A stretch of DNA of 64,000 bases from Klebsormidium nitens (lineage: Eukaryota; Plantae; Klebsormidiophyceae): positions 233,585 through 297,584 of the forward strand of contig DF236991.1 of assembly GCA_000708835.1 (NCBI GenBank). The letters run 5' to 3'. Numbering within the stretch: the stretch's first letter is position 1; every line of letters begins with the position of its first letter. Positions 36,301 through 50,765 of this stretch are shown here, in pieces. The notes beneath the pieces are model-generated. The model saw only the letters and a program-made list of their open reading frames with translations. It had not been told where the DNA came from and ran no database searches. The translations under genes were made by a program, and so were the position numbers.

Positions 36301-39300
36301 CCGGACTGCCTCTCAGTACCTTGAGTGTGGCCATATTCGCCAGCGAAAAATTCCGGGAATTTCGACGTTGAGTAAGGAGCCGCGTCTGAAGCCTATGGAA
36401 GGCGCCTTTCGAACCCAAAAGCTTTGGAGACTGGCAAGTACATAAGCTCCTCTTCACAGGACAAAATCTGTACGGTCTTTACCTCGAGCATGGGCATGTC
36501 CGCCAGCGGAAAGTCCCGGAATCCGGTGATGTTGAGGAACGTGACCTCGTCTGCGCCTTCCTTAAAATAGCGCCCCGCCAGCTCCACCGGCTTGCCCAAG
36601 TTACGCACCTGGGTTATGAGCAAACCACCGGTCGATCAATTGCCGATACAGAGCAGTGAATACTACGAAACGGAGACACGAATCCTGTGACCTGGTGAAC
36701 GTCAGCTGGTAGCAATAACGCTAATTCCTGATCGTGACACAGACCTTTACAAAATGTAAACCCATTTTCGGGGCTATAATCTAGTGACGAGAGAGAAACG
36801 ACCCTGCATGCACGTGGCGAGGCATGCACGGTGGAAGCTGCGAAGAGCTAGTAAGAGAGGGTGATTGCCCGCCTTCATACGTTTCCACTCAATGATGATT
36901 CACATCCGCTTCTTCAACATCTTCCTTTGCTTCGGCATTGTTTCTTTTGATCTCTTTGCTTTGAAAAAAGGGCTGCGTCAACGGGGACCTGAAGCAAGGA
37001 TCGACCCTGATAAAGCTCGTCCCGTTGCGCGTTAGCTGAACTGTGAACGTGCCAGTATGCGACGCCAGCCCGCCCTCGAAAGCACGAGCGCCGATCTGAC
37101 AACTACGACGATTTGACGAGATGACGACAGCGAGTACATCCGGATCGTTTTTGTAGAGAGAAGATGTTGGCAGGCCTTGATTCTAACCGTGTTTAGGAAA
37201 CTGAAAAGACGCATTCTCAACAGTGGCAGCTCACCTCTCGCGAGTCGGTCTTTTCCCGGACGTCGTACGAGTCGCCCTTCGTCACGACCAAGTCCCCGTT
37301 GTCGTTCGCTCGGACGTCCAAGCACGCAATTACGCGCTTGGCCAACGCGTGCGCCGGCTTCCGTAGCGCCGTTTTCGCAGCTTCCGCTTGCCGCTCAACG
37401 TCCTGCAACGCTTTGTAAAACACTCTTGAAAAGAAGGCCGACGCAGCTGTCAAAAACCCACCAAATAGCTGCATCTAGCATCTGAGCTTGAATCCGCTCG
37501 AAGTTGCAACAACCGTCCGCCGGTGACGATGGGTACCTTACAAATGGCCATCTCAGGAAATCTGTCTGTGAACCTTTCCAAAATCGGCACATGAGCTTAC
37601 GCCTTCGATTGGTAGTCACACGGCCTGAGTTCACGTATCCGAGGAACTCATGATCTTTGCCGCGAATAAGTCTACCGAAACAATTAGCTCTACACGAAAG
37701 GTCAACGGGGTACTTCAGCAACCCACAATCGAAGTCGCCTATACTATACACACACATATTCCGTCACTCCTGGAATCACATGTCGAGTACAACGATTCTT
37801 GAGTGATGTAATTGACACTAACTATGATGAATACAATTGACGAAAATCAATGCGTACTGAAAAAGGCCCGCCATGATAAGACATGAAAAGTAGAAAAGGG
37901 TTCGTGCGGAACAGACGCGGAAATAATCACTTTGAACGTCAACTCTACGGCGCATAAATTCGCTTGCCCCAAATGCAAATGTGTTTCGCCCAAATTTTGT
38001 TTGACCGGCCTGATATTGGTGATTAGACGAAAGTGATGCACTTACCTCTGCTGCTGCTGAGCGGTTGGGTCCAAGGTACCGTCGCAGAATGTCAAGCCCC
38101 ACTGCACCACTCTTCTCCGGGTGAAACTGGACCGCTTCGACCTGCGGACAGGATTTCGGGTCTGCTTGACCATGAGTCTTAACCAGAATTCCTCAGACCT
38201 TGAGAAAAGCTTGTGATTTGGGCATAATTGTTCCCGATCCGACATGGACCGTTTCCACTTGCGCAAAGGCGTCCGGGTTAGCTTGCCTCAACAAGAATCT
38301 CTTGAGCTTCACAGAAGTCTTGAACCAGAAAATCGGGACTGCTCCGACCTGCATTGAGGGTTCCGGGTTAGCTCGACCACTGATCTTAAGCAGTGATACT
38401 TGAAAAATAAAGCCTTCTTAGGGAGGACTTGATCACTCCCGCCAGAGAAATTCCGGATTGGCTTGGCCGCAATTTAACCCCACAGGCAACAAGAAACGCG
38501 GTAATTGAAGGGCCAATAGACAGCCAGCCTCGGATGCTACATCTTGGTTTGCAAGAGGTGCAGTATGCTCGCTAAAACAAAGACGTCCTTCCTGTAAATG
38601 CATCTGGTGTGCATTTACATGCGGGAGGGAAGGGACTGATGTGGTCAACGCTCGTCGCTTTGAATAGACCTCCGCTTTTCTGTCTCTCACAACTCTTTCT
38701 CACAGCAAACACGCTCTCGATCCAACATTGTAATTACTGAAGGCTGGGCCTGGATACCTCAAACGACTGTGCTGCTTTGCTTGTTTCCGTGAAACACGGA
38801 TTATCGGAACGCACCTCGCCTTTCTTGACAGCGCTTACGAACTCCCCCCCATACTCGCTGGTCGCCAACACCCAGTCCCTGTTTTCTGGCGTTTCGACGG
38901 CCCGGTAACTGTGCACAAAGTAGGCGTGGCGCCCATTCACACCGGCAAGGATTGCAGACTCCTGCTTCTGGCTCAGGCCTGAGAAAAGACGGAAGGTCTA
39001 GAATTTTAGATTTTAGAATTATATCAAGGTCTTGAGGCTGTCTGATTTGCTGATGCCTGACGGACGTTCATGGTGTGCACTTCTTGAAGCAGTTTGCCAC
39101 GCAAGAGAGCATCGAGTTCCTTGTGGATCGGCTAGAAGTTGCCAGACGACCTGAAATTCGAAGGCCTCTGCGCAGGTAAGCAGGCCATGGAACCTTTCGA
39201 CTCTTAGCAGAATAGAGGGAGTCCGCACGTCAGCAGTTCCACCTTTCAGAGACGTTCATCAAAAAGGCTAGTCAAAGCAGCAAAAGACAGGATGGTAAAC

Positions 39301-40515
39301 AACAGAGAAGAGAAAAGAAGGTGCGAATTGTCGACGCACCGTTCCACCCAATGTGCGGTACCGGCAACCCCAGAGCCGTGTCGAACTTGGCCACCGTTCC
39401 AGGGATGATTCCCAGCCCTTCCACTCCATCGTTTTCTTCGCTCCCATCAAACAGAAGCTGTAGGCCTAGGCAGATCCCAAGGAAGGATCGGCCGGATTGT
39501 ACGTACTCCTTCACAGGGGCAATCAGATCTTTTCTCCGGAGGACCTCCATTGCGGAGGCGTACGCGCCGACGCCGGGGAAGATGAGCTTGCGCGCGTCGA
39601 GAATGTCGCCTGTAGAAGAGAAAAAGGATTCATGTTTCAGAGAGGTGAAAAGACTCTCTAATTATCTCCCTTACAATCGCAGTCAAAGGCGCAGTGAGGT
39701 GAATTCTTCGGGAGGACCTCCCGGAGGCATAGGCACCGACGCCAGGGAAAATGAGCTTGCGCTCGGCGAGGATGTCGCCTGCGTAAGGGGGGAGCAAGAA
39801 TACTGTCTACAGAAGGTAAGGCACCTCTTTGTTATTCCTCCCTGACATTCTCGTTCAAGGGCAATTGGATCATATCAAGGAGGTTCGTGCGGAGGCATAT
39901 CTGCAGACATCGGTGACAACTAAGCTTCTGCGCAGTGCAGACATTGACAGCCAAGGGTGATTGGCTGGTTCCAGTAGCTTGAGACTAAAAGCCAAGTCAG
40001 TATCTTCATTCTGAAAGATGCAGGGCCTGATCGCAGCAGGCAACTAAACATTGTTTCTACAAGGTCCCCAGGTCGTACGGGATCCTGACTAACAAGAACA
40101 GTTGAAAAGGTTTGAGGTCTGCACCATATAAGTTGCAGCCCCAACAAGAAGCAGGAAAAAACAAACCACACGAGGACTCACTTGGCTTCTCGACATCCCG
40201 GACCTTGTACCCCAGCAGTTTGATTGCATTCCGGACACTCCGCACGTTCCCCGCGCCATAGTCCAGCAGAGTGACCTCGTCCAAACCGTCCAAACTCGCC
40301 TCGCAAGCCACAGCTTGTCTGCTTATCCCCCGGGCTCGTAAGCTCTTGTCTGCTCTGAAGCTATCGGCGGCTCTGCTCAAGGACCTCCGGAGCCCTTGGC
40401 TGTGATAGCAGGACGAAGAGAGATGGGCCGCGCCTAGTTCCTGGCTGCTTGAGCTACATGACGGTGACTGGCTGGAAAATGACGGCTGACCGATGCGCTG
40501 AAGAGTGGTAGCCAT
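33338..40515 (-). CDS. HISN4: Imidazole glycerol phosphate synthase, fused HisH-HisF, plastid-targeted
   Basis: Ten phase-consistent exons: 40515-40182, 39609-39340, ~38977-38817, 38141-38046, 37402-37235, 36608-36483, 35879-35690, 35140-34959, 34386-34252, 33538-33338. Motifs: [22 protein letters not shown] (catalytic Cys), QFHPEKSG (His-x-Glu), [55 protein letters not shown]. Ser-rich transit-peptide-like N-terminus. Confidence 0.97.
33539..39790 (-). repeat. Scattered intronic echoes of HISN4 exon ends
   Basis: Copies at ~33610-33645 (last exon start), ~34500-34610 (exon 9 start, two copies), ~34760-34860 (exon 8 donor side), ~35950-36040 and ~36130-36185 (exon 7 start), and ~39730-39785 (exon 2 start). 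Confidence 0.8.
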
Positions 40516-41399
40516 TGAGAGAAAGCGCCGCTAAGGGCGCACTGGTAGAAATGTGGTTACATGCCCTCTGTCAGGATTGGTATGTAAACCATTTGACTCT
40601 GTGAACTGGAAGTCAGTGAATGAGTTTCAGTTAGATCAGCGTCGTGCGCAATGCTGTCTGTGTGCATTCCAGGGAACCTTGCGCTGGCGGTTTAGTTGTT
40701 GCTTATGTTAGTTGCCAGATTGACAGCCAAACCCAAGGCAAATTGGCCTCCTTAAATCTGAGACAGCTGCAATCTCATCACAAAGTAACAAGTGCTCGAG
40801 CAATGTTCTCCCTTTCCATCACCGTGTGGCTGCTCGGAGGCCGGGCGCCCTGCGGCTGCTCTACACTGCCACTGAGAAGGTATTGCAAGAGATTCTCCTG
40901 TGTCTTTTGAGACCTCAGATCTTTTCTGCCACCACTATGAGGCGCACCCAGCTGGTTGAAGCTGGTTGTTTTTGATCAGCAGGGAGGCTTCTTCTCAATT
41001 CGCTTTTCTTGAAGTTGAACTTGAAAAACTTTCAGGGATTTGAAAAAGACTCGATCTGCTGTGCAGACGCCAAGGGGAAGATGCATCCTATTTAATCTTT
41101 TAGTACAGGCCGTCCTTCTGTAGTTACACACAGTTTCGTATCGACGTAGAACGGACCTTGGACGTTATGTGCGAGTTCGACGAAGTATCCGATAAAGCTA
41201 TTCCATACGCGTGGTAATGGTTCCTGGTTACCAGCTGGTCACGCCACCACACGGTCCACACGAGTCGCGGGAGGAAGAAGAGAAAGGAAACAGGACATGG
41301 CAAAGTCATTGTGAGCAGAATTTTAGGCCACTAGTTATTTTTGAATCGAGTAGAAGCTTCTTTGGCATCGGCAGCTAGTGTTTTGTACAGCTTTACATC

Positions 41400-44100
41400 T
41401 TGTTTCTCAAAGAAGGCGGGCGTTCGTTGGTACCGTGCCGCCCCAGTGTATCTGCAAAGGATAGGTGCTGGGCTTTCCTGACATTCCGTTTTAGCTCCTG
41501 GTGAGTGCAGTCACCGCTCAGAATCGCAGTCTCTTTAAAAGGCTAGGCTTTGTCTATCTGAAAATATGATGCTTACTTTGAACCTGCCAGGAAAGCCGCT
41601 TGTAGAACTTTTGCAGAGAATCTGGTCGACATTTTCCAGCTTGTTGCACTTATTGAGGATCGAGGTTTTTATTTTATCCACCTAAACTGCTTCTTGGTTC
41701 CAAGATCGGAACATCTGGGCACTCTGACTGAAAATCCAGACTCAAAATGAAACCCGGCCTTGCATCACTCCAACCCCCAAGCTACTCTCCCTTTTTTGGA
41801 TAGGAGCACCTGTCGCAGGCTTTTCACCGTTTCTTTGCAGCGTGCTTTGAAGTTTTTACAATTCTGGACAAAGATACGTGCGATTATTGGGTTGACCATA
41901 CAAAGAAAGGGGCGACCTTAAGGGTCTACTGAAAAGCGTTTATATTACTGCTTGATGCAAATCTTTCTGTTATTTTTCAAAGCTTATGTCACAACACATG
42001 CGAACAGCTTGATGCGGACTATAGGACCCTCAAATCTCAGGGGGGCTTCTGCGATGCAAAGTTCCTAGTGAAGTTTGTGCCTAGCTTGATTCCTTGGATA
42101 TGTTGGAACAGCAGCTTCACCTCTGAGAACCATCTGCTTTTCTTCTCCAGGTTACCATCTGCCATAAGCTATGGGCAAAAAGCGAAGCAAAAACAGAGGC
42201 GGCACAGGGCCAGCCTCGATGGACACGAGCGAGGGGGTCGATGCAAGCAACCGGACTGGAGGCGGTGCGGAAGCAGGTATACGAGTTTCATAACCATTTT
42301 GGGCGTTTCCGTACGAAGCAAGAATGCGTCGCTTCTCTTTCCAGATTAAAAGTAGCGTGTGTGCTGACATTCAGATACTCTTGCAGGTTGTGACAGAGCG
42401 GCAGGAACTAACACAGCTGGAAAATGAAGGGTCTTCTTTTCTGCATTTGTATTTGAGTGTGTTTGGACCTTTGCATCTTGCGTTGCACCGGAGGTTTTTG
42501 CACTAGGTTTGGAGCGGACTGAGTCGCTTCGTTCACGGCACTGCCAACCTCCGTCTGCGGCCAAAGGTTTTTGGAAAAGTTCAGGTGCCAAAAAACGTAT
42601 TCGTTACTGTTGGTCAGGGCACTCTACGGTGTGCTATTGTTCAAAGGAAATGCGCCCCTATTCCACATCAAGCCACTGGCGAATGCATACGAGCCGTTAG
42701 GCCTTTTGATACTAAACAAAAAGCTTATAAAACCGATACGATTTCTGAAGATTGAACACAAATGAGTGGGCACCTCTGAAGTATGCCACTGACATTTGTC
42801 GGAAAACTTGGTCGGCCCAGCTTTGAACCCGATGAAGTCCGTCAAGGCTTCGTTTTGGAGGCGAATCGCTTGGCTCGAGTACGTCGCAACCTTATTGGGT
42901 AGATGGCTCGAAACCCCTTCTCCGACTTGTCTAGTTACCAACGAACTTCCTCGCCCAAGGTTTCAGCACAAGGATTCTTGCCCATGCTCGAGCCCGAAAT
43001 TGTTGTATGCCTTGCTTTCACGTTCACGTCGTGTTGATTGAATGTCGAATCAAAGATCAAACTCTGAATCAACGAATCAATCTCTGAATCTCTGAATCAA
43101 TCAGAGATCATAGCTATCAATCAAAGACTTGAATCAAAGAAGTCAAAGAAAAGGCTTCCGCTTTCTTGATCGTGGCTCTGTCTTACTTTCTGGACGCAGC
43201 CACAAGAACAAGGAACGCCATGAATAGCGCCGTTTAGCACGACTGTTTTCAGTCAAAAGGGAACCAATCCGTAAAATTTTGGTTAATTGCAGCTATGGAC
43301 ACGACAGAAGCGGTGGCCACAACAGCGGGAGTGGTCGTAGCATCCACAACTAGAAAGGGGTTTGCGGTGGGCAGGTAAGAGCCCATGTCTGCTCTGATTT
43401 CGGAATCTGCGAGCTTTAGGCTTGGTCGAACGAAACCCAGGCTACCTTGTGACAAGGTTTCCTCGATGAAAGAGGCAAGGCGGACTACTCGATTCTGAAT
43501 TCCTGGACCGAATTTCGGTTGCTGTCTCAAATCGTTGGCTGGGGCAGTATGCATCCAAGCATTGCCACGGTTGCTGAGCGGCTGCTTGGTCAAGAGAAAA
43601 ATGCACCTCGATTCGGGCAAAACGAAGAGTTAGGCGATGCTGATCGTTTAGAAACGGTTCAGATTTTGGATTTGTGTAGCCTGTTTCAAGTGGTCAGCGA
43701 TCCTTTGTCACGTGGTCCGATTAGTTTAGTTCGAAGTTGCCCAGAGGCTCCGCCGGGAGCTTCTAGGAAGGCTTCTTGACGAGGTCCAATGCCCTCGAAA
43801 AGCGAGGCCAAAATCATTGCCCTTGCGCACAGTCGTTTGCGCTACTCATACAGCCACAAGTTTGGAGTTCTGTACTTTTCCTTGCAAAAGCGCCGTCACT
43901 GTTTAAGTCGAGCTGCGGGAGGGAACGGGAGTGGCAATTGCGCTGTTTAGTTCCGTTGCTCTCTTCAACCTTTGCCTCAGGTGTTGCATGAGGCATTTCA
44001 CCCTGTAACGCTCTGCGGCCGGACTCACAGGGGTGCTTTTAGAGACTCGGGGCCGTCGTGCAAAAGTGCAATGGCGAGACGGCGTTTCCGTTTCATGATT
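41400..44100 (-). CDS. Possible multi-exon gene of unknown function
   Basis: A long pyrimidine tract precedes ATG AAA CGG AAA CGC CGT (MKRKRRLAIALLHDGPESLKAPL|gtgagt) near 44098-44030; several short open minus-strand segments with donor-like ends lie at ~42350-42940. No recognisable domain; boundaries are guesses. Confidence 0.25.
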
Positions 44101-46306
44101 TTAAAGTCTGCGCTTTCCCACTCGCAGGAACAAGAACGAGGCGCAGATTCGGAAGAACAAGAAGAAGCGGAAAGTAAAGAAGCTAGAGCGAGCGCTGGTC
44201 GTGCAGGAGAAGGAGCAGAGCAAGGTTGAAAAGGAGATAGAAAAAAAGGAACGGAAACAAACGATGAAAAAGCTATATTGAATGCGGATTCAGGATGGAC
44301 GGAGGTCTTGCGTGTTGAGATGCTACTCATCGTTGACTCCCGGGGCCAGATCGACTTCATTGACTGATTACTGGCCTTGGAAGCGGCTGGTCGCATCGCA
44401 GCATTGTACTTACACGTGCATGCGGCCGCCAGTCTTGACATCTGCCTGAACCCTTCAAGCTAGTCTGTGTTGGTTCCCGATCAACATTCATTTGCAATTA
44501 AAATGAGAAGAGCGAATGATTCGTTGTTAAGAGTCGCGTCAGACCGCCCGCCCAGCGAGCGCGTGCAATGATGGTGCTTGAATCTCGTGGTATATCATTA
44601 TAGCTGAGCAGATTTACGGACGCTGCAAGTTTCTTAAGCGTCTCATATTATTTGACTCATGATTCATGATGGAAGCTTATGATGGAAGTGTCATGCCAGA
44701 TTGTGTCGCATCGGATTCATGTCCGCTCTAGTTGTTAACCCAGTGGTTTAACTAGTGGTTTGGTAAAGGCATGTGATATAGACTGTGCCCTGACAGCTGT
44801 GTGTTGGAGAAGGGGAGAGAATGAAGCTAGAGGCTTCATTCTTTCTTCTGTTCACTCTAAGGTTTGAGATTGGGCGGCAACAGTGAACCTATGCAAACTG
44901 TACGATGGCCAGCAAGTTAGTTTCCCTCCACGTCACGAGGGCGTGGTTGTAATTCTTGTGCCTCATTCATACACTCATGAACCGATCTGACGTGCATTGA
45001 TCGCGCTGGACGCGGCGCAGTCAATCCTCACAGAAGAAAGAATCACGGTTGCACGAGTTGGTGAATCAGGCCTGGAAGGAGTTTAGCACTGAGGTGCCAA
45101 GGGGAGCGCTGCGAGCGCTGTGGTGAAAGGGCCTGCACAAGGCAGCCCTTGTTGCAGTCTGCGGACTGGGTGGCGGCAATGAGTGCTGCGGTTACCGCTT
45201 GAGGTAGCGGCGCGCGAGGTGGTCAGCAAGTCGCTGAGCATAGGCGCAGGGGAAATAGGGGCCTGCACAAGGCAGCCCCTCTCACAGTCAGTGGACTGTG
45301 GTTGCAGCATTCAGTGCTGCTGTGCGCGAGGTGTGTGGCACTGACAGGTGCTGCGCATAGGCGCTGGAGGTTGGGGTTAGTGTGCTCGGTTAGCACAGGA
45401 GTTGAGGCGCTGCGGGCGCGGTGGAAGGGGCTCGTGGGGCAGCCCTGATTGATTGCAGAAGGAGAGGTGCAGGTTACACAGCCTGGTAGTGCGGTGGACC
45501 AGCCCTGGCGATAGTGGTTCTCAGGCGCTGCCAGCGAGGCGTCCTGATAGTCATCAAGCAGAGCGGATTGTCAGGCACGCAGTGTGGCTGACATGCCCGT
45601 GGTTTGGTGCGATTGAGTCATGTGCGGTGGCATGGCGAGATGGATCGGTAGGGAGATGTATGGGCGCGACAGAAGCCTGGCGCCTGCATATGATTGGGAC
45701 GTGCGCGCGCTCTGTTTTACTATACCTACAATGAACGATTCGGTACGGTATGCTTCTCAGTATACGTATCAGTGACTCATATATAGCTCAGTATAGTAAG
45801 GCCGGGCCGGTACTGTACTATACATTACGTTGAACGCCGCGCTAGTGCGTTCGCGCCATGCGCACCGAGGGCATTCGGCAGATATGGATCCAGTCTTCTT
45901 TAAAAATAAATGATCGATTCAGGGCGAAGAGCTGACCGGAAATTCGCGCTCGCGCGCTTTCTTACATGAATAAGCCTGTCAGTATACCATTCATATATGT
46001 ATGCCACGACGGTAGCTTGTAGTATGGTGCGTCACGCGTTGAAAGCCATATGCATATGCATTCGCGCCATGGGCCGGCCGGTGGACAGAAAAGTTGGCTT
46101 TGAATGAGAGGGCAAAACAACCTCGATCAGCAGATTTTTGTGGATTTTTCATGGCACACAACACAATCTAAACAAATCAATCTATATCTAAGATGACGTT
46201 GCTAGCCAGCTACCCCCGAAAAGTGGGCTGCCTTTTATATCCTGACGGATACGGATCGATACAAATAGGAACTTGCAATCAACATCGACTCAACAATTAA
46301 ACATTG

Positions 46307-49300
46307 TTATATTGTACACAAAATCGACTCATGAACGACGCTCTTGACAAAGTCGACGATCTTCTCCCAGCCCGGCACGGCCGTCTTGTGTTGGTTGTAC
46401 ACGTGGCCGATGTTGGGCTGCACGAATGACGTCACGCTGACGGAGTTGGGGTAGTAGGCGCCGCCCGCCGCGCAGCCGGCCGCGTTCGCCAAGATGTCGT
46501 TCTCGCCGCAGAGCATGAACACCGGGCTCGTGATCTGGAGAGAAAGGTTCGGTATACAGTTAGCTCTGAAAGGGTTTCCCTGTTGAGAGACGGGCAGACT
46601 GATCAAACTTTGGATGCATGTTGGGGCAAGGGGCACTTTAATCAAGGGGCATCTCAGTGCACATCAAAAAGGTTTCAATGTTTTCGGTGTCGAACATAAA
46701 GGTTTGATCGGACCCCGTTTCACCGTTGCAACTCCTGCCAGCCTATTCCGCAGTGCAACACGCCGTGCGTCCTTATATCGGTGCTCATCTCGATTGAACT
46801 TCGAGAATAACAGCGCTCCCTCGAGGCTTCGAGATAGAAGCACAGCGATTGACCCACAAATAAGCGTCGCAGCAGCTTATCTTTACAGCAGGTTGTCTGG
46901 TTTGGCGCAATTTGAAAGGTACGTTTTATCCCGGCCAGTTACAAGAGAATAGTACAAGACAATGGAAAACCACCGCAACGCGCAGGAGCTTGAACATGAA
47001 CAGGGGCGAAAAATTTGTCAAGAGCGAATCTGAACGGAACGGAAAGCATTGCTACTCGCCTGATCCGTGTGGAAGGTGTTGAAGATGTAGTCCGGCGCGT
47101 TGGCGGCGTTGTTCCGCCGGTTGTCTAACAGCGGAACGGCGTCGAGGAACGCGTTCTTGTGGGTGATGTAATCCGCCAAGCTGCTGGTGTCGTACGTCAG
47201 CATGGCGTCAGTCCAGGTCGGGTGCGGGTTCGGCATCTGGAAGGTTGCCGAATCGACGCCGTCGTAGTAAGCGGAGCGCAGGTTTATGCCGTCGAAGGGG
47301 GGCCCGCCGGCTACGGAAAGGAGGAGGGGAAGGACGGTTAAAGTTTCGCGGAATTCCAAACGCGCTTTATCTTCTCCGTCTTTGCTGAAACAAATCGTCA
47401 AGATGCTAGCATGATTCCAGCTTTTGGTGAAATTTTTGATTGCTTGTGCGGGGCGGAACTCGATACTAAAGTAACAGAGATTTTGAAAAGCCGTTCAGAA
47501 GGCCACGCGCGCTAAATGGTTGCTTTGAGTGGATTCGTATGCCAGAAGGCCGATCGAAAAGATGAGGGTCTTAGGGGGATTGAACATTCGATTATATGGT
47601 CCCTAGGCCTCAAGATAATAATGGAAACGCCCGTCTTTTAGCACCAGCACACTAGGAGACTGCCCAATCAATAGGGTGGGTTATACTCACTTGGCAGCGT
47701 GATGTAAGGCATTGAATTGGGGGGCTGGTCGACGGCGTTAAACACGTCCTCGAAGTGGGGCACTTCGGGCTCGTATCCGTTGCTCCAACCGGTCGCAACG
47801 AAGCCGTCGGCGATGCCCGGGTTAGTGCCGAGAATGAGCTGACTCATGATGGAGCCGAAACTGTGCCCAATGACAATCACCTTCTCGGCCTGGCGCTCGC
47901 GCGCGGGGTTGTGGTCGCTGTGGATAGACCTGCGCGCGCGTCATGATGACGTCAGCAACTATGAGACCAATCTCTTGGATTCTTAGAAAGCCGGGATCAA
48001 GGTAGAGATTGACCCACACGCGCACGTCCGAGGCGTCGGTGCATGGCGTTTTTGCAGAGACATTATCCTTCAACAGTTGGACGATGAGAGTCGTTTGTAG
48101 AATTGGAAGCCTGCGTTAAACGCTGCGTTAAACGGCTCGAGATTTTGGTCGCTTCAAAGGCTTGTTATTTTTGAGAGTAAGCAAGCGCAATTCGGTGTCT
48201 AGGGGAAATCCATAAACAGCTTCGGCAGATACTTCTCCAGCAGCCCTCAGTTCGGCCAAGCAGCTCGTGTAGTCTTTACAGCAATCGCCTGAACGGCTCC
48301 CAAAATCCGCAACCAATTCCGCCGGGACCAGGGCGAAATACTGATGCATCTCTTCCATTAGGACTGTTTCCCTTTAAACGGAGGCTATCAGAAGTAGCAC
48401 AACAAAGCAAGTTCTTCCAGGGCCTTGATTCTGCTAAGTGCCTGTCTGGAGGGTACGTACTCACCAGAGGATGTCCGCAGATGCCAAAAGATGCAACATC
48501 AAAGTACCAGGATATTTCTGATTTGACAATTGCCAGTGGCTATCTGTTCGACGGAACTCACCAGAGAAAGTCCGCAGAGGCATGGGCCTGGTCCGCAACG
48601 TCAATGGCAAAGCCGTCCGGTTTGTCCGACTCGCCGGTGCCCAGCATGTCCGCGGCGAGCACGAAGTAGCACTGCTTCGCGAGGTACCTGAACGAAACGG
48701 AACGGAGCTCTTTCAGACGGAGCGGAACGGAACAGTTGGGCAATCTGTGCGTCGGAATGGTATGCCCGGAGCTTGGATCATGCTCAGCATGTTCGCGACG
48801 AGCACGAAGTAGCACTGCTTAGCGAGGAAGTATACCTGAGCGGAACGGAACGGGACGGGAGCCTGTCAGCCCGGAACGGACGTACAAAGAGGATTGTATG
48901 GGCTCTTCAAGCAAGAACGGAACATTTCTTTTTTGAGGGCTGACGATGAGATGGATCCGATTGGAGTAATTAGGTGCTCAGGTTCATTGTGAGGTCGGGC
49001 GAGAGCACCTCTGTTACCTGAAAGCTAGGATTCGAGGGGAATGCCGGACGGAGAAGACCGCAATGGAAACCTTATGTAACGGAGCGGGACTTGATCATGG
49101 GACTCAATCTTGTGGGACGAAACAGAAGTGTTCGAGTGTTGTCGACACAATCCTCTAGCTTTCTGCTTATCAAAAACGTGACAAAAATCTAACAAGTGAG
49201 CTCAGCGCTCTTGAGCGAAAGTAAACGTTGTTTCAAGAGTCGACTGGGACTGAGGTGCTTGATTACTGATTCACACCTCGTTATGGCAGTAGGATATCTG

Positions 49301-50765
49301 CCGTTGAAATATGGATCTTTCGGACAGTTTACAGAGGAGACAATAAGAGTGGAAATGCATACCTTGCAAGCGAGTGCGAGGAGTTGTCGACGCTGAAGGG
49401 TACGTCCCAGTACTTGTGGTTGTAAGCGGCGCCGTGAAAGAGGACCTGCCAGTGGGAAAAACCAATCATCATTATTCTCAGGTTCCGGTGTCAAAGCTGA
49501 GGTTAATGAAATTTCTCCCGGGGGGAGTGATTTCATTCGTGGGCCATCGCCCAAGTAGCAAAGAGAAAAAAAGACTTTCAGCGCAGCTGGAGGCGACAGC
49601 CTAAGGAATGAAATGAGAGGCGCTAGCCTTGCCAGCCCACTGTGATCGTGACGGAGTTTAGCTGCAAGACTACAAAAGTCAAGAACCTTGGAAAAACGTG
49701 GATATTCGATCGACCTCAACACATTATCTCGAAGCAGCTCATGATGCACATAGGAAGCGAGCTGGTCATAGCTGAGCTGACATAGAAGCCTTCCGCTCTG
49801 TTACCGAGCTGGCTACGCATAAACGAAAGGGTCCTGATTGTTTCGCACATGGTGTATCTTTGTGAGATCTCATATCTGCAACTAACCTGAAAAACAACAC
49901 CGACCAAGTTGCTAGAAAGATTTTTTGTTCGACTCTGTCAAGGGACTCAAGCGACTGTCTAGCTGCGGACTAGAAGCAGCTTAGGAGGACCAGAAATGCT
50001 GTTAAAGGGCACTGGCGGCCCGGGCGCCATAAAACTCTATGCCTGGTTTACATTTTTCTTGACCTTCTGGAGGCGTCAAGCACAGCAACATACCAGAGCA
50101 GTCTCTGACGTGTTATTGGGCATATGTTTGCCCAGCCAGCAGGTAGAAAAGCGGGCTAAAGGGCGAAAAGGATCGGGGTCACTCTTCAAAAACAAGGGCA
50201 GCCCAATCACAAAAGCGCGACCAGCTACTTCAATGTCCCCAAAACTAAAAGCAAATATCATATATATCAGCGCCAACCTGCGCATATGCGCACCAGAAAG
50301 GCAGTCTTAGCCCATTGAGAGTCACTTTTCTTCCTTCTCATTTCTTTTCAACCTCAAGCTTTTGTATTCTGATTGTTGGCCCCCGGGGTGCAAATTCGAG
50401 GCATCAACATATAAGCCTGAGGTTCTTCCACTCACCAGAGCCACGTCCTGGTTCTTCTTGCACTCCTCCGACACGTGGGGCTCACTTCCGCCCTCTAGCG
50501 CGCTAAGCTCGTATATGAACACCGCTAGGTTATGGTGCGTCCCATCGCTTATGGTGACGTCAAACACCGCCTTGCGCTCGCTGACCGCCTCATCCGGAAG
50601 GTTGACGTCAGGGGCTACGTCAGCGGGCTTGCTGAGCTTGGGGGACTTGCTGGAAATGGCGGGGCCCAGGAGAAGGGCGCAGAAAACGAGCAGCACCGCG
50701 AAAACAGGGCCTACCGGCGCAGCTCGCTTTCCGAAAGGGAGCTGTAAGTCTGAATGACGCGCCAT
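46307..50765 (-). CDS. Secreted alpha/beta hydrolase, paralog 1 (6 exons)
   Basis: Exons 50765-50436, 49445-49363, 48687-48562, 47929-47691, 47310-47060 and 46534-46307. Signal peptide; VLFHGAAYNHKYWD; YFVLAADMLGTGESDKPD; elbow IGHSFGS; MLCGEND (Asp); NIGHVYN (His). Intron 5 has a GC donor. Confidence 0.92.
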
